Below, in pieces: positions 18,982 to 27,581 of a DNA stretch of 32,000 nucleotides. Within the stretch, counting starts at the first letter, position 1, and each line of letters opens with the position of its first letter. This DNA is from Desulfuromusa sp. (GTDB lineage Bacteria > Desulfobacterota > Desulfuromonadia > Desulfuromonadales > Geopsychrobacteraceae): the NCBI GenBank assembly GCA_016744595.1, contig JADGEB010000007.1, positions 30,012 to 62,011 on the forward strand, written 5' to 3'. Made by a program: the position numbers and the translations under genes. The notes below the pieces were generated by a model. It made no database searches and was not told the DNA's origin. It worked only from the letters and a program-made list of their open reading frames with translations.

Positions 18982-19058
18982 TGGCGGGGCTGACGGGACT
19001 TGAACCCGCGACCTACGGCGTGACAGGCCGTTGTTGTAACCAACTCTACTACAGCCCC
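18982..19058 (-). tRNA. tRNA-Asp (GTC), second identical copy
   Basis: The 77-nt sequence is identical to 18799-18875. Confidence 0.93.
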
Positions 19059-19159
19059 GCAGATAAAAATAGGAAGTATGAAGTGCCCAAGTGGGATTTG
19101 AAGATGGACAGCTCTGTACTTCCTACTTCTGATTAGTATTTAATCTATATATGTTGTAC

Positions 19160-19435
19160 TTATTTGTTAACAGCATCTTTCAATGCCTTGCCTGCCTTAA
19201 ACTTTGGCACCTTGGCAGCGGCAATTTGAATCTTCTCACCAGTCTGAGGGTTTTGCCCAGTACGAGCAGCGCGATCACCAACACTGAATGTACCGAAGCC
19301 TACCATAGCAACTTTTTCTCCAGCCTTCAGAGCATCTGTTACTGCCTCAGTAAAAGCCTTCAAAGCACCTTCTGCATCAGTTTTACTTAGCCCCGCCTTT
19401 TCTGCCATTGCATTGACCAGATCTGCTTTAGTCAC
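19160..19435 (-). CDS. hup: HU family DNA-binding protein
   Basis: [32 protein letters not shown]...[45 protein letters not shown]. The GTG at 19433-19435 has GGAGG 7 nt upstream. The ATG at 19450 would place that SD inside the gene. Confidence 0.92.
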   Translation of the reverse strand: MTKADLVNAMAEKAGLSKTDAEGALKAFTEAVTDALKAGEKVAMVGFGTFSVGDRAARTGQNPQTGEKIQIAAAKVPKFKAGKALKDAVNK

Positions 19436-19488
19436 AGGATACCTCCTCATAAGTTTTAAGTTAATTCAGTCGTGCAAAACGCGTTAAG

Positions 19489-19517
19489 ATATATCAGGTT
19501 TACGAAAAATCTGTCAA
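19489..19517 (-). promoter_or_regulatory. Candidate sigma70 promoter for hup
   Basis: On the minus strand: TTGACA (19517-19512), 17-nt spacer, ATATAT (19494-19489). Consensus match only. Confidence 0.35.
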
Positions 19518-19560
19518 GCTGTTTTTCCCCATTTTTCGGGCTTTAAACAATAAATACTGT

Positions 19561-21933
19561 TTAAAGACCTGACTTATTAGATGTTACCTTACCATCAAGA
19601 GTTAAAGCAAAGTCAAGTACCTGATCCATATGGGAAACGACCTCAATCGTTAATGACTTTAAAATAAGTTGAGGCAAATCAGCCAAGTTTTTTTCATTAT
19701 CAATTGGAATCAAAACTTTAGTAATTCCACCCCTACGAGCAGCTAACAATTTTTCTTTTAGCCCACCAATAGCTAGTATTCTTCCCCGCAGAGTCACCTC
19801 ACCTGTCATGGCGAGGTCTTTTTTAACCGCACGTCCAGTCAAAGCTGAGGCCAGTGCAGTTGCTATTGTAATACCAGCAGAAGGACCGTCCTTTGGCACA
19901 GCGCCTTCTGGGACGTGAATATGAACGTCAATTTTTGAATAAAAATCTTTTTCAAGCTGTAGCTCTTGCCAACGGGAACGAATATAACTCATGGCAGCTT
20001 GAGCTGATTCTTGCATCACATCACCAAGCTGGCCAGTTATAGTTAACTTCCCTTGCCCAGGCAAAGTTGTGACTTCGATAGTCAAAAGCTCACCACCCGT
20101 TTCCGTCCAAGCCAAACCAGTTGCCATTCCAACCTGATCCTCTTCTTCACGCACACCATATTGATACTGTTGCACACCAAGATATTTTTGGATTTGTTTT
20201 TCTCCAACTTTGAAGTTTTTATCTTTCCCCTCCAATAGTGCTTTTCTAGCTAATTTGCGCATAACTGATGCGATGTTACGATCCAGACTACGAACTCCAG
20301 ATTCGCGTGTATAACGTCTGATAATTTCGTAAATTGCCCGATTTGAGAACTGGACTTGTTTATCTCCCAGACCGTGAGATTCAATTTGCTTATTGAGCAA
20401 GTATCGACGTGCAATATGTAGTTTTTCTTCCTCAGAATAACCCTCGATCCGGATCACCTCTAAACGATCATGCAGAGGGCGCGGGATAGCCTGAAGATTA
20501 TTTGCTGTGGCAACAAAGAGAACCTGTGAAAGATCGTAATCAACATCAAGAAAATGGTCAGCAAAGCTATTATTCTGTTCGGGGTCAAGAACTTCAAGAA
20601 GAGCCGAAGAAGGATCACCACGAAAATCGGTACTCATTTTATCAATTTCATCCAGCATAAAAACTGGGTTTTTCACTCCCGACTTACGCAACCCTTGAAC
20701 AATCTTTCCCGGCATGGCACCGATATAGGTGCGTCGATGACCACGAATTTCAGCTTCATCACGCACCCCACCAAGAGAGATCCTGACAAATTTCCTTTGC
20801 AGTGCTTTAGCTATTGACTGACCCAGGGAAGTTTTTCCCACGCCCGGTGGACCGACAAGACACAAAATTGGCCCCTTAATCTGCTTAACCAATGCCTGTA
20901 CTGCCAAATATTCCAGAACCCGTTCTTTGACCTTTTTCAAACCATAGTGATCAGCTTCAAGAATCTCTTCTGCTTTCAATATATCGTGCCGATCTTTGGT
21001 TCCCTTATGCCAAGGCAAAGACAACAACCATTCTATATAATTACGGACAACTGTTGCTTCAGCTGACATCGGTGACATCATTTTCAACTTGCGTAGTTCA
21101 GCACGAGCTTTGTCAGTTGCCTCCTTCGACATTCTTTTTTTCTTGATTTGTTCTTCAAAATGGAGAATTTCCTGCTTGAATTCGTCTTGCCCACCAAGTT
21201 CCTTCTGAATAGCTCGCATCTGCTCATTCAGGTAATACTCTTTCTGACTACGCTCCATTTGGCTTTTAACCCGGCTGCGTATTCTCCCCTCAACTTGCAG
21301 AATTTCAATTTCCTGCTCAAGCAAAACCAAAATATGTTCGAGCCGCTGAGAAGGATCTACAAACTCAAGCATTTCCTGCTTATCCGCAATTGGAACTTGA
21401 AGATGGCCGCCAACCGTGTCAGCCAATCGAGAAGGGTCATCAATTCCTGCGATTGCAGAACTCACTTCAACTGGAACTTTTTTGCTCAGCCCAATATAAA
21501 CCTCAAAGCTCGTTTTGATCGCCCTGACAACCCCCTCAACCTCTGTGGAATCAGCCATGGATTCCGCCAAAGGCTCAACAACAGCCTGAAGAAGATCATC
21601 ATTCTGGACAAAAGAATGCATCTGGCCGCGCCAACAACCTTCAACCAGAACTTTAACGGTTCCATCGGGAAGCTTGAGCAATTGAACAACTTTCCCAACC
21701 GTACCAACGCGATAAAGATCATCTTCGTCTGGCGAATCAACTTTTGGATCTTTCTGACTAACCAAAAAGATCATTTTGTCACCCTCAGAGGCACTTTCCA
21801 AGGCACCAATCGACTGAGGTCTCCCAACAAATAATGGTGCCACCATATATGGGAAAATAACGATATCCCTCAACGGTAACATGGGCAAAAGACGAGGAGC
21901 TAAAACTGAGGGTTGCTCAATAGAGTCTGACAT
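19561..21933 (-). CDS. lon: ATP-dependent endopeptidase Lon (LonA)
   Basis: 790 aa. N-terminal LON substrate-binding domain, Walker [10 protein letters not shown], and protease domain with [10 protein letters not shown] (catalytic Ser). Confidence 0.97.
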   Translation of the reverse strand: MSDSIEQPSVLAPRLLPMLPLRDIVIFPYMVAPLFVGRPQSIGALESASEGDKMIFLVSQKDPKVDSPDEDDLYRVGTVGKVVQLLKLPDGTVKVLVEGCWRGQMHSFVQNDDLLQAVVEPLAESMADSTEVEGVVRAIKTSFEVYIGLSKKVPVEVSSAIAGIDDPSRLADTVGGHLQVPIADKQEMLEFVDPSQRLEHILVLLEQEIEILQVEGRIRSRVKSQMERSQKEYYLNEQMRAIQKELGGQDEFKQEILHFEEQIKKKRMSKEATDKARAELRKLKMMSPMSAEATVVRNYIEWLLSLPWHKGTKDRHDILKAEEILEADHYGLKKVKERVLEYLAVQALVKQIKGPILCLVGPPGVGKTSLGQSIAKALQRKFVRISLGGVRDEAEIRGHRRTYIGAMPGKIVQGLRKSGVKNPVFMLDEIDKMSTDFRGDPSSALLEVLDPEQNNSFADHFLDVDYDLSQVLFVATANNLQAIPRPLHDRLEVIRIEGYSEEEKLHIARRYLLNKQIESHGLGDKQVQFSNRAIYEIIRRYTRESGVRSLDRNIASVMRKLARKALLEGKDKNFKVGEKQIQKYLGVQQYQYGVREEEDQVGMATGLAWTETGGELLTIEVTTLPGQGKLTITGQLGDVMQESAQAAMSYIRSRWQELQLEKDFYSKIDVHIHVPEGAVPKDGPSAGITIATALASALTGRAVKKDLAMTGEVTLRGRILAIGGLKEKLLAARRGGITKVLIPIDNEKNLADLPQLILKSLTIEVVSHMDQVLDFALTLDGKVTSNKSGL

Positions 21934-21940
21934 GAATTCT

Positions 21941-21991
21941 TAACCTAAAATTGAAAAGGAGCGCACTGCCGACAGACAATTTTGCGCTCCT
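21941..21991 (-). terminator. Hairpin plus U-rich tract between clpX and lon (partial terminator or attenuator candidate)
   Basis: 9-bp stem (21957-21965 pairs with 21983-21991, AGGAGCGCA with TGCGCTCCT) and a 17-nt loop. On the minus strand it is followed by TTTCAATTTT. It ends about 24 nt before the lon ATG. Confidence 0.4.
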
Positions 21992-22015
21992 GATAAAATC
22001 AAAACTTAGTTTACA

Positions 22016-23263
22016 CTATGCACTTTCAGCAATATCGTAAAGAATAATTGGCTTTGCACCTTTAGTAATTACATCTTCATTCAAAACAACTTCTTTGACA
22101 CGATCTTGCGATGGAATGTCATACATGACATCAAGCATAGCATTCTCAAGAATAGAACGTAATCCACGCGCACCAGTTTTACGCTCTAATGCTTCTTTAG
22201 CAATAGCAACCAATGCACCATCAGTGAATCTCAAATGGACATTTTCCATCTCAAAAAGGCGTTGATATTGCTTCATCAGCGCATTTTTGGGCTCTCGAAG
22301 AATCTGAATCAGAGCTTCTTCATCCAATTCTCCGAGGGTCGCAATAACCGGAATACGACCAACAAATTCAGGTATCAAACCAAACTTGAGAAGATCAGTT
22401 GGCTGAACCTTACCAAGCAACTGACCAAGATCCTCTTCTTTAATCGAACGAACTTCTGCACCAAAACCCATTGTTTTAGCACTAATACGCTTATTAACTA
22501 TTTTTTCCAACCCAGAAAATGCCCCGCCACATATAAACAGGATATTTGTCGTATCGACCTTGAGAAACTCCTGCTGTGGGTGTTTCCGACCGCCTTTAGG
22601 AGGAACACTTGCTGTCGTCCCTTCAATGATCTTCAAGAGCGCCTGTTGCACCCCTTCTCCCGAGACATCCCGAGTAATAGATGGAGATTCCGACTTTCTT
22701 GCAATCTTATCCACTTCATCAATATAGATGATGCCCTTTTGAGCTTTTTCCAGATCGTAATCGGCAGCCTGTAACAAGCTAAGAATGATATTTTCAACGT
22801 CCTCACCAACATAACCCGCTTCGGTCAAATTAGTCGCATCAGCTATAGTAAAGGGGACGTCTAAAACCTTGGCCAGAGTCTGAGCCAGCAAGGTCTTCCC
22901 ACTACCTGTCGGCCCCAACAAGAGGATATTACTTTTCTGAATCTCAATATCATCATTATTTTCAACAGATTCTACCCGTTTATAATGGTTATAAACTGCA
23001 ACAGATAGCACTTTTTTTGCCCGATCCTGACCAATCACATATTCATCAAGAATATCCTTGATCTCAACCGGCTTTGGCAGCTTCTTCAATTCAGGATCAG
23101 ATGTCTGATCAAGCCGTGATTCTTCATCAATGATATCGTTGCAGAGCTCGATACACTCATCACAAATATAAACAGTTGGCCCAGCAATCAGCTTCTTAAC
23201 TTCATCCTGAGACTTCCCACAAAAAGAGCAGGTTAACTGGCTATTTTCATCCTTAGGGCTCAC
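22016..23263 (-). CDS. clpX: ATP-dependent Clp protease ATP-binding subunit ClpX
   Basis: 415 aa. N-terminal zinc-binding CSFCGK...CDECIELC, Walker [18 protein letters not shown]. Confidence 0.97.
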   Translation of the reverse strand: MSPKDENSQLTCSFCGKSQDEVKKLIAGPTVYICDECIELCNDIIDEESRLDQTSDPELKKLPKPVEIKDILDEYVIGQDRAKKVLSVAVYNHYKRVESVENNDDIEIQKSNILLLGPTGSGKTLLAQTLAKVLDVPFTIADATNLTEAGYVGEDVENIILSLLQAADYDLEKAQKGIIYIDEVDKIARKSESPSITRDVSGEGVQQALLKIIEGTTASVPPKGGRKHPQQEFLKVDTTNILFICGGAFSGLEKIVNKRISAKTMGFGAEVRSIKEEDLGQLLGKVQPTDLLKFGLIPEFVGRIPVIATLGELDEEALIQILREPKNALMKQYQRLFEMENVHLRFTDGALVAIAKEALERKTGARGLRSILENAMLDVMYDIPSQDRVKEVVLNEDVITKGAKPIILYDIAESA

Positions 23264-23288
23264 GGATCAGACCTCCATACTATTAACA

Positions 23289-23873
23289 TTAAGACTTTCT
23301 TTCGACAATTTCGTCGATAATACCATAACTACATGCAGCTACGCTATCCATGAAGAAATCACGCTCAGTGTCAGCCTTAATTTTTTCCAAATCATTGCCC
23401 GTATGCTTTGCTAAAATACCATTTAATGATTCACGCATCCGCAGAATTTCTTGTGCATGAATACTGATATCGGTTGCTTGCCCCTGAAAACCACCCAAAG
23501 GTTGATGAATCATTATACGGGAATTCGGCAAAGCAAATCGCTTCCCTTCCTCACCAGCAGCAAGAAGCACCGCTCCCATACTAGCTGCCTGACCGACACA
23601 AATAGTAGAAACTGGTGCCTTCAAGTATTGCATCGTATCATAAATCGCCATTCCTGCTGTCACAACTCCGCCGGGTGAATTAATATAGAGATGAATATCC
23701 CGATCTGGATCTTCCGACTCAAGAAATAGCAACTGAGCAATAATCAGATTGGCCATATGGTCTTCAACTTCCCCACCAAGAAAAATAATCCGATCTTTCA
23801 ATAAGCGGGAATAGATATCATAAGCACGTTCACCCCGGCCGCTATCTTCGACCACCATTGGCACCAAACTCAT
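23289..23873 (-). CDS. clpP: ATP-dependent Clp protease proteolytic subunit ClpP
   Basis: [34 protein letters not shown]..., catalytic GQAASMGA and MIHQPLGG. The ATG at 23871-23873 sits 1 nt after the tig stop, with GAGGAG inside the tig 3' end. The longer track ORF (to 23957) overlaps tig. Confidence 0.95.
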   Translation of the reverse strand: MSLVPMVVEDSGRGERAYDIYSRLLKDRIIFLGGEVEDHMANLIIAQLLFLESEDPDRDIHLYINSPGGVVTAGMAIYDTMQYLKAPVSTICVGQAASMGAVLLAAGEEGKRFALPNSRIMIHQPLGGFQGQATDISIHAQEILRMRESLNGILAKHTGNDLEKIKADTERDFFMDSVAACSYGIIDEIVERKS

Positions 23874-23874
23874 A

Positions 23875-25209
23875 TTAGGACTCCTCTGTTGCACTATCGT
23901 CAGAATTCTCCTGCTTAGGTTGAGGCGGATCAACTTCAGTAACAGTTGACTGACCAAGTAAAAACTCGGTGACTTTATCTTGTAAAATCTGCCCCTTCAG
24001 CCCGGCCAATGCTTGCTGGTTCTCAAAATATTTTTGCACCTGATCTAGCGGCACATTACTGTCATCAGCAAACGCCTGCATCTTCTCTTCGACAGCAGTC
24101 TCTTCAACTTTAATTTCCTCCTGAACTGCGATTGCATCCAGAAGAACCTCTCCCTTAACTTGCTGAACAGCCATGTCCCGATATGTTGTTGCAAAAGTTT
24201 CTTCATTCATTCCCAACATCTCAAGGCTCATCCCCTGTGCTTTAAGTTTCTGGGTGAAGCTATCTTTGAGGTGGTGTAACTGATTCGCGATCATTCCTTC
24301 TGGCACATCAAAAGCATTGTTTTCCAACAAAGCATTCATCAGGTTCTCTTGTAATTGTCCATCGATCCGCTGTTTTTCCTGAGCAATGGAATTCTCTTTG
24401 ATCTGCTCCTTGAGCGCATCCAAGTTTTCAGCATCAAGCTCTTTGGCCAAAGCATCATCGATCTTAGGAATATTTTTTTCTTTAATTTCTTTGACAAGCA
24501 CCTTAAAAACAGCAGGCTTTCCGGCTAGATCCTTGGATCCATACCCTTCAGGAAAGGTCACTTCAACCTCTTTCTCCTGTTCGCGCTTCATACCCACTAA
24601 CTGATCTTCAAATCCAGGAATAAAACTGTTGGATCCAAGAGCAAGCTCAAAATCCTTGGCCGCACCATTTTCAAATGGTGTGTCATCAATAAAGCCTTCA
24701 AAATCGATAACAACAGTATCCCCATCGCGAGCTTTTTTACGGCTGGTTACTTCAAGTTGCATACGTGAATTAGCCATTTGCTCTAGTTGCTGTGCCACAA
24801 CACTGTCGTCAAAAGAGAATTTTTCTTTTTCAAGTTTAAGCTTAGTGTAATCTTTCGCCACAATTTCAGGTCGAACTTCTACTTCAACCTCATAACTAAA
24901 AGGCTTGCCTGGCTCTACATCACCAGACTGAACAACTTCTGGCTGAGAAACAGCTTCAATCTTATTGTCCAGCAATGCTTTGTATAGAGTATTGTTGATC
25001 AAAGGCCCAGTAGCATCGTATTGAGCTCTTGGCGCATAATGCTGCTCCAATACCTTCCTTGGAACTTTGCCTTTACGAAACCCCTTAATATCGGCCGTCT
25101 TGGCGATCTTCTTGTAAGCATTTTCAAGCTCAACAGCAACAGTATCAACGTCAATCTCCAAACAGAGCTTCTTTTTGATCGGACTCAGAACTTCAACGGT
25201 AACATTCAT
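23875..25209 (-). CDS. tig: Trigger factor
   Basis: 444 aa. N-terminal ribosome-binding region with GFRKGKVP, a central FKBP-like domain ([14 protein letters not shown]) and an acidic C-terminal tail. Canonical position upstream of clpP-clpX. Confidence 0.95.
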   Translation of the reverse strand: MNVTVEVLSPIKKKLCLEIDVDTVAVELENAYKKIAKTADIKGFRKGKVPRKVLEQHYAPRAQYDATGPLINNTLYKALLDNKIEAVSQPEVVQSGDVEPGKPFSYEVEVEVRPEIVAKDYTKLKLEKEKFSFDDSVVAQQLEQMANSRMQLEVTSRKKARDGDTVVIDFEGFIDDTPFENGAAKDFELALGSNSFIPGFEDQLVGMKREQEKEVEVTFPEGYGSKDLAGKPAVFKVLVKEIKEKNIPKIDDALAKELDAENLDALKEQIKENSIAQEKQRIDGQLQENLMNALLENNAFDVPEGMIANQLHHLKDSFTQKLKAQGMSLEMLGMNEETFATTYRDMAVQQVKGEVLLDAIAVQEEIKVEETAVEEKMQAFADDSNVPLDQVQKYFENQQALAGLKGQILQDKVTEFLLGQSTVTEVDPPQPKQENSDDSATEES

Positions 25210-25304
25210 TGTTTTCCCTTCCTGATTTATAAATATTGGATCACGTTAAACGTGAATATATCTTTGATGGAATATTTTAAAGCCATGAAGGCTATATTTT
25301 TGAA

Positions 25305-25389
<85 letters not shown>

Positions 25390-25465
25390 AAAACACAATG
25401 CTCACCTCCCAAACCCACCCGGTCAACGGGCTAACTGAGTGCGGAAGGTGAGCATAGTTTATAAA

Positions 25466-25542
25466 TGGGGTGAGTGAAGGGGCTTGAACCCTCGACAACC
25501 GGAGCCACAATCCAGTGCTCTACCAACTGAGCTACACCCACC
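25466..25542 (-). tRNA. tRNA-His (GTG) with encoded G-1
   Basis: Reverse complement G-GTGGGTGTAGCTCAGTTGGTAGAGCACTGGATTGTGGCTCCGGTTGTCGAGGGTTCAAGCCCCTTCACTCACCCCA. Anticodon GTG, with an extra 5' G opposite the C73 discriminator. Confidence 0.93.
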
Positions 25543-25593
25543 AGAAAAACCCGGCCATGTTACGGAAACCATCGGCCCTTGTCAAACTAAAAA

Positions 25594-25670
<77 letters not shown>

Positions 25671-25808
25671 ATATCCTCTGAGAAAGCATAGAAAATAATA
25701 CTGCCACAGAAGGCTGCGTTTCTAGCACGCGCTTCGAAGATTTGCAAACAAAAATACAGTTTCCGCTATCAAATACCCGGGGAACACAAATAAATAAAGC
25801 TCATCATT

Positions 25809-26447
25809 TTAAACTTGTGTATCTGGCTTATTGGATAGCGGAGGGTCAACGCCAAAAGGGTCAACTTCAATTTTTTTCTTTTCCGCCACGAAATTTATGG
25901 TCCGTTGCAACAAATCAAACTCCAAACCAAAACCAGGGTCATCCGCAAAAGGATCACCATGAGACGAGACAGAACGTGTGCCAACATCAAACTTAGGGTC
26001 TTCTAAAAAAGGATCAACATCAGGAGTCTTAGTCTGATCAGCAACCAAAGCTGCCAATGATACTGCGTCCCGAGAAGATTCAACGAGATCAAAAGTATAA
26101 AGCAATTCGGCGACTAAAGATTTTGGTTCAGGAAGTTGTTCTCCATAAAGAATCGCAAGTTGAGCCAACCAATCAATGGCAAGTTCTATAGTCTCAAGCT
26201 CAATGCTGTTTGGAGTTATCTGATCTGTCAGGTGCCGGTTGAAAATAAGTTCCAGACGATCAACAATCGAGCAAAAGGAACCTACCTCGATTCCTGCAGT
26301 CGCCCCTTTGAAGGTAGTAACTGCTTGAGCCGAATCCTCCAGCAAAGATAAAGTGGGCTTCTGCATACACAAAGAATTACGAATTCTATCAATAAATATC
26401 TCTGCTTCTTTGATAAAGAATTGCTGTTCACTCGTTTTCTCAGCCAT
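25809..26447 (-). CDS. Hypothetical protein: HPt-like four-helix N-terminal domain lacking the phospho-His, plus an acidic C-terminal tail with DPF repeats
   Basis: 212 aa. Residues around SAQAVTTFKGATAGIEVGSFCSIVDRLELIF align by eye with the CheA-P1/HPt motif (A-x-H-[ST]-[LIF]-K-G-x-[AS]-x-x-x-G), with Thr where the His should be. The tail contains DPFLEDPKF, DPFADDPGF and DPFGVDPP. SD GAGGTGGAG upstream. Confidence 0.55.
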   Translation of the reverse strand: MAEKTSEQQFFIKEAEIFIDRIRNSLCMQKPTLSLLEDSAQAVTTFKGATAGIEVGSFCSIVDRLELIFNRHLTDQITPNSIELETIELAIDWLAQLAILYGEQLPEPKSLVAELLYTFDLVESSRDAVSLAALVADQTKTPDVDPFLEDPKFDVGTRSVSSHGDPFADDPGFGLEFDLLQRTINFVAEKKKIEVDPFGVDPPLSNKPDTQV

Positions 26448-26541
26448 TTTAAAATCTCCACCTCAATACACGCTAAATTTAGGCGATGGTAACATAATCA
26501 AATCAACATGTTAATTTATGTTGCACAGATCCTAGATCTAG

Positions 26542-27480
26542 TTATTGCCCTTTAAGGGAAAAAGTTACAGGAATCTCAACTTGGCTATCTAACGATACAC
26601 CAAAAGAGGTCGCGGGTCTGAACTTCCACCGAACGATCGCTTTGCGCGCAGCATTATCAAGGCTTCGATACCCGGATGACACCAATACATTCAGGCGCCC
26701 AACTCGCCCACTTTTTAAAATCAGTGCCTCAAATATCACTTTCCCTTCCCAGCCACGAAGTTTTGCAACTTCAGGGTAACGCGGGGAAGGATTCACATCA
26801 TAGCGCGCCAGTGCACCCTTAAACCCCCGGCCATGATTATTTTTTTCTTCTTGAGCTGAAGAACCTCGACCTTGATTGTTATCTGTATTGTTGATTTTTG
26901 CCGTAGCAGCGTCCAGAGAAGGATTATTTTCTTCGATTAGCAATTCAGCAGACAAAGCAACTTGCATCAGCGGCTGATTACTGACAGCCGGAACGGCATC
27001 AATAGTTTCGACCCCGGAAGATTTTTCAGCGGACAGCTGTGATTTTACCCCCTCAATAACAACGGTATCGGCTTTAACCAGTTTTAGAGGATCCATCGGT
27101 TTCTCTGATGAGAAATCCGCAGCAGTAACCACTATTGATTCTGCCAACACGCTTTTTTGCTTCGATTCAGTTTTTACAACAACTGACTTATTTGCATCAA
27201 CGCGACTTTTTTTGATTTGCATTTGTTTAGGCTGCAACACTTCAGTCACTCTAGCTTTCTGCATGCTCGAAATTGTTGTTTTTACCATCCTGTCAGTGGA
27301 CTTTTCTCTTTTCACCTCGGGGCGAAAAGTCTCAAGCGACCTTGAAACATAACTAACCCTCACTTGCCCCGACTCAGGCAACCCTGTCGGCAATATCAAA
27401 CCAAAAGGGAGACTTAAAATATGCAGAGCAAAAGAAATAACAATAAATAATGATATTTGAACGACAGAATTCAAGCGCAA
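26542..27480 (-). CDS. TonB family C-terminal domain protein (second paralog)
   Basis: 312 aa. N-terminal TM segment VVQISLFIVISFALHILSLPF. C-terminus YPEVAKLRGWEGKVIFEALILKSGRVGRLNVLVSSGYRSLDNAARKAIVRWKFRPA matches TonB_C. Only a TTG start (27478-27480 or 27472-27474) is available upstream of the TM segment. Confidence 0.75.
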   Translation of the reverse strand: MRLNSVVQISLFIVISFALHILSLPFGLILPTGLPESGQVRVSYVSRSLETFRPEVKREKSTDRMVKTTISSMQKARVTEVLQPKQMQIKKSRVDANKSVVVKTESKQKSVLAESIVVTAADFSSEKPMDPLKLVKADTVVIEGVKSQLSAEKSSGVETIDAVPAVSNQPLMQVALSAELLIEENNPSLDAATAKINNTDNNQGRGSSAQEEKNNHGRGFKGALARYDVNPSPRYPEVAKLRGWEGKVIFEALILKSGRVGRLNVLVSSGYRSLDNAARKAIVRWKFRPATSFGVSLDSQVEIPVTFSLKGQ

Positions 27481-27504
27481 CCCCTAACAATATAATTCAA
27501 CAAC

Positions 27505-27534
27505 TTGTCCCACCTTCTCCCTTACTGCTATAGT
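27505..27534 (+). promoter_or_regulatory. Candidate promoter for the TonB-dependent receptor gene
   Basis: TTGTCC (27505-27510), 18-nt spacer, TATAGT (27529-27534), about 48 nt upstream of the ATG. Consensus match only. Confidence 0.3.
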
Positions 27535-27581
27535 GCTCCGGCTCAAATGCACAACAACAACTTCAATGGACACTAAAGCTT

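Noticed and set aside
21148-21834. 228-aa ORF on the plus strand, antisense to lon
   Set aside because: It lies entirely within the well-supported lon gene. Its translation is low-complexity (N/F/L-rich) with no recognisable motif, as expected for the antisense frame of a moderately AT-rich gene.
22235-22774. 179-aa plus-strand ORF antisense to clpX, and similar antisense ORFs at 6677-7147, 7869-8189, 2952-3257 and 10503-10791
   Set aside because: All are nested in strongly supported genes on the opposite strand. None has an SD or a recognisable domain, so I treat them as frame artefacts.
27481-27581. Looked for a Fur box or other iron-responsive operator between the TonB paralog and the receptor gene
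   Set aside because: Nothing resembles GATAATGATAATCATTATC. AACAATATAATTCAACAAC is AT-rich but lacks the dyad symmetry, so iron regulation is not supported by the sequence.
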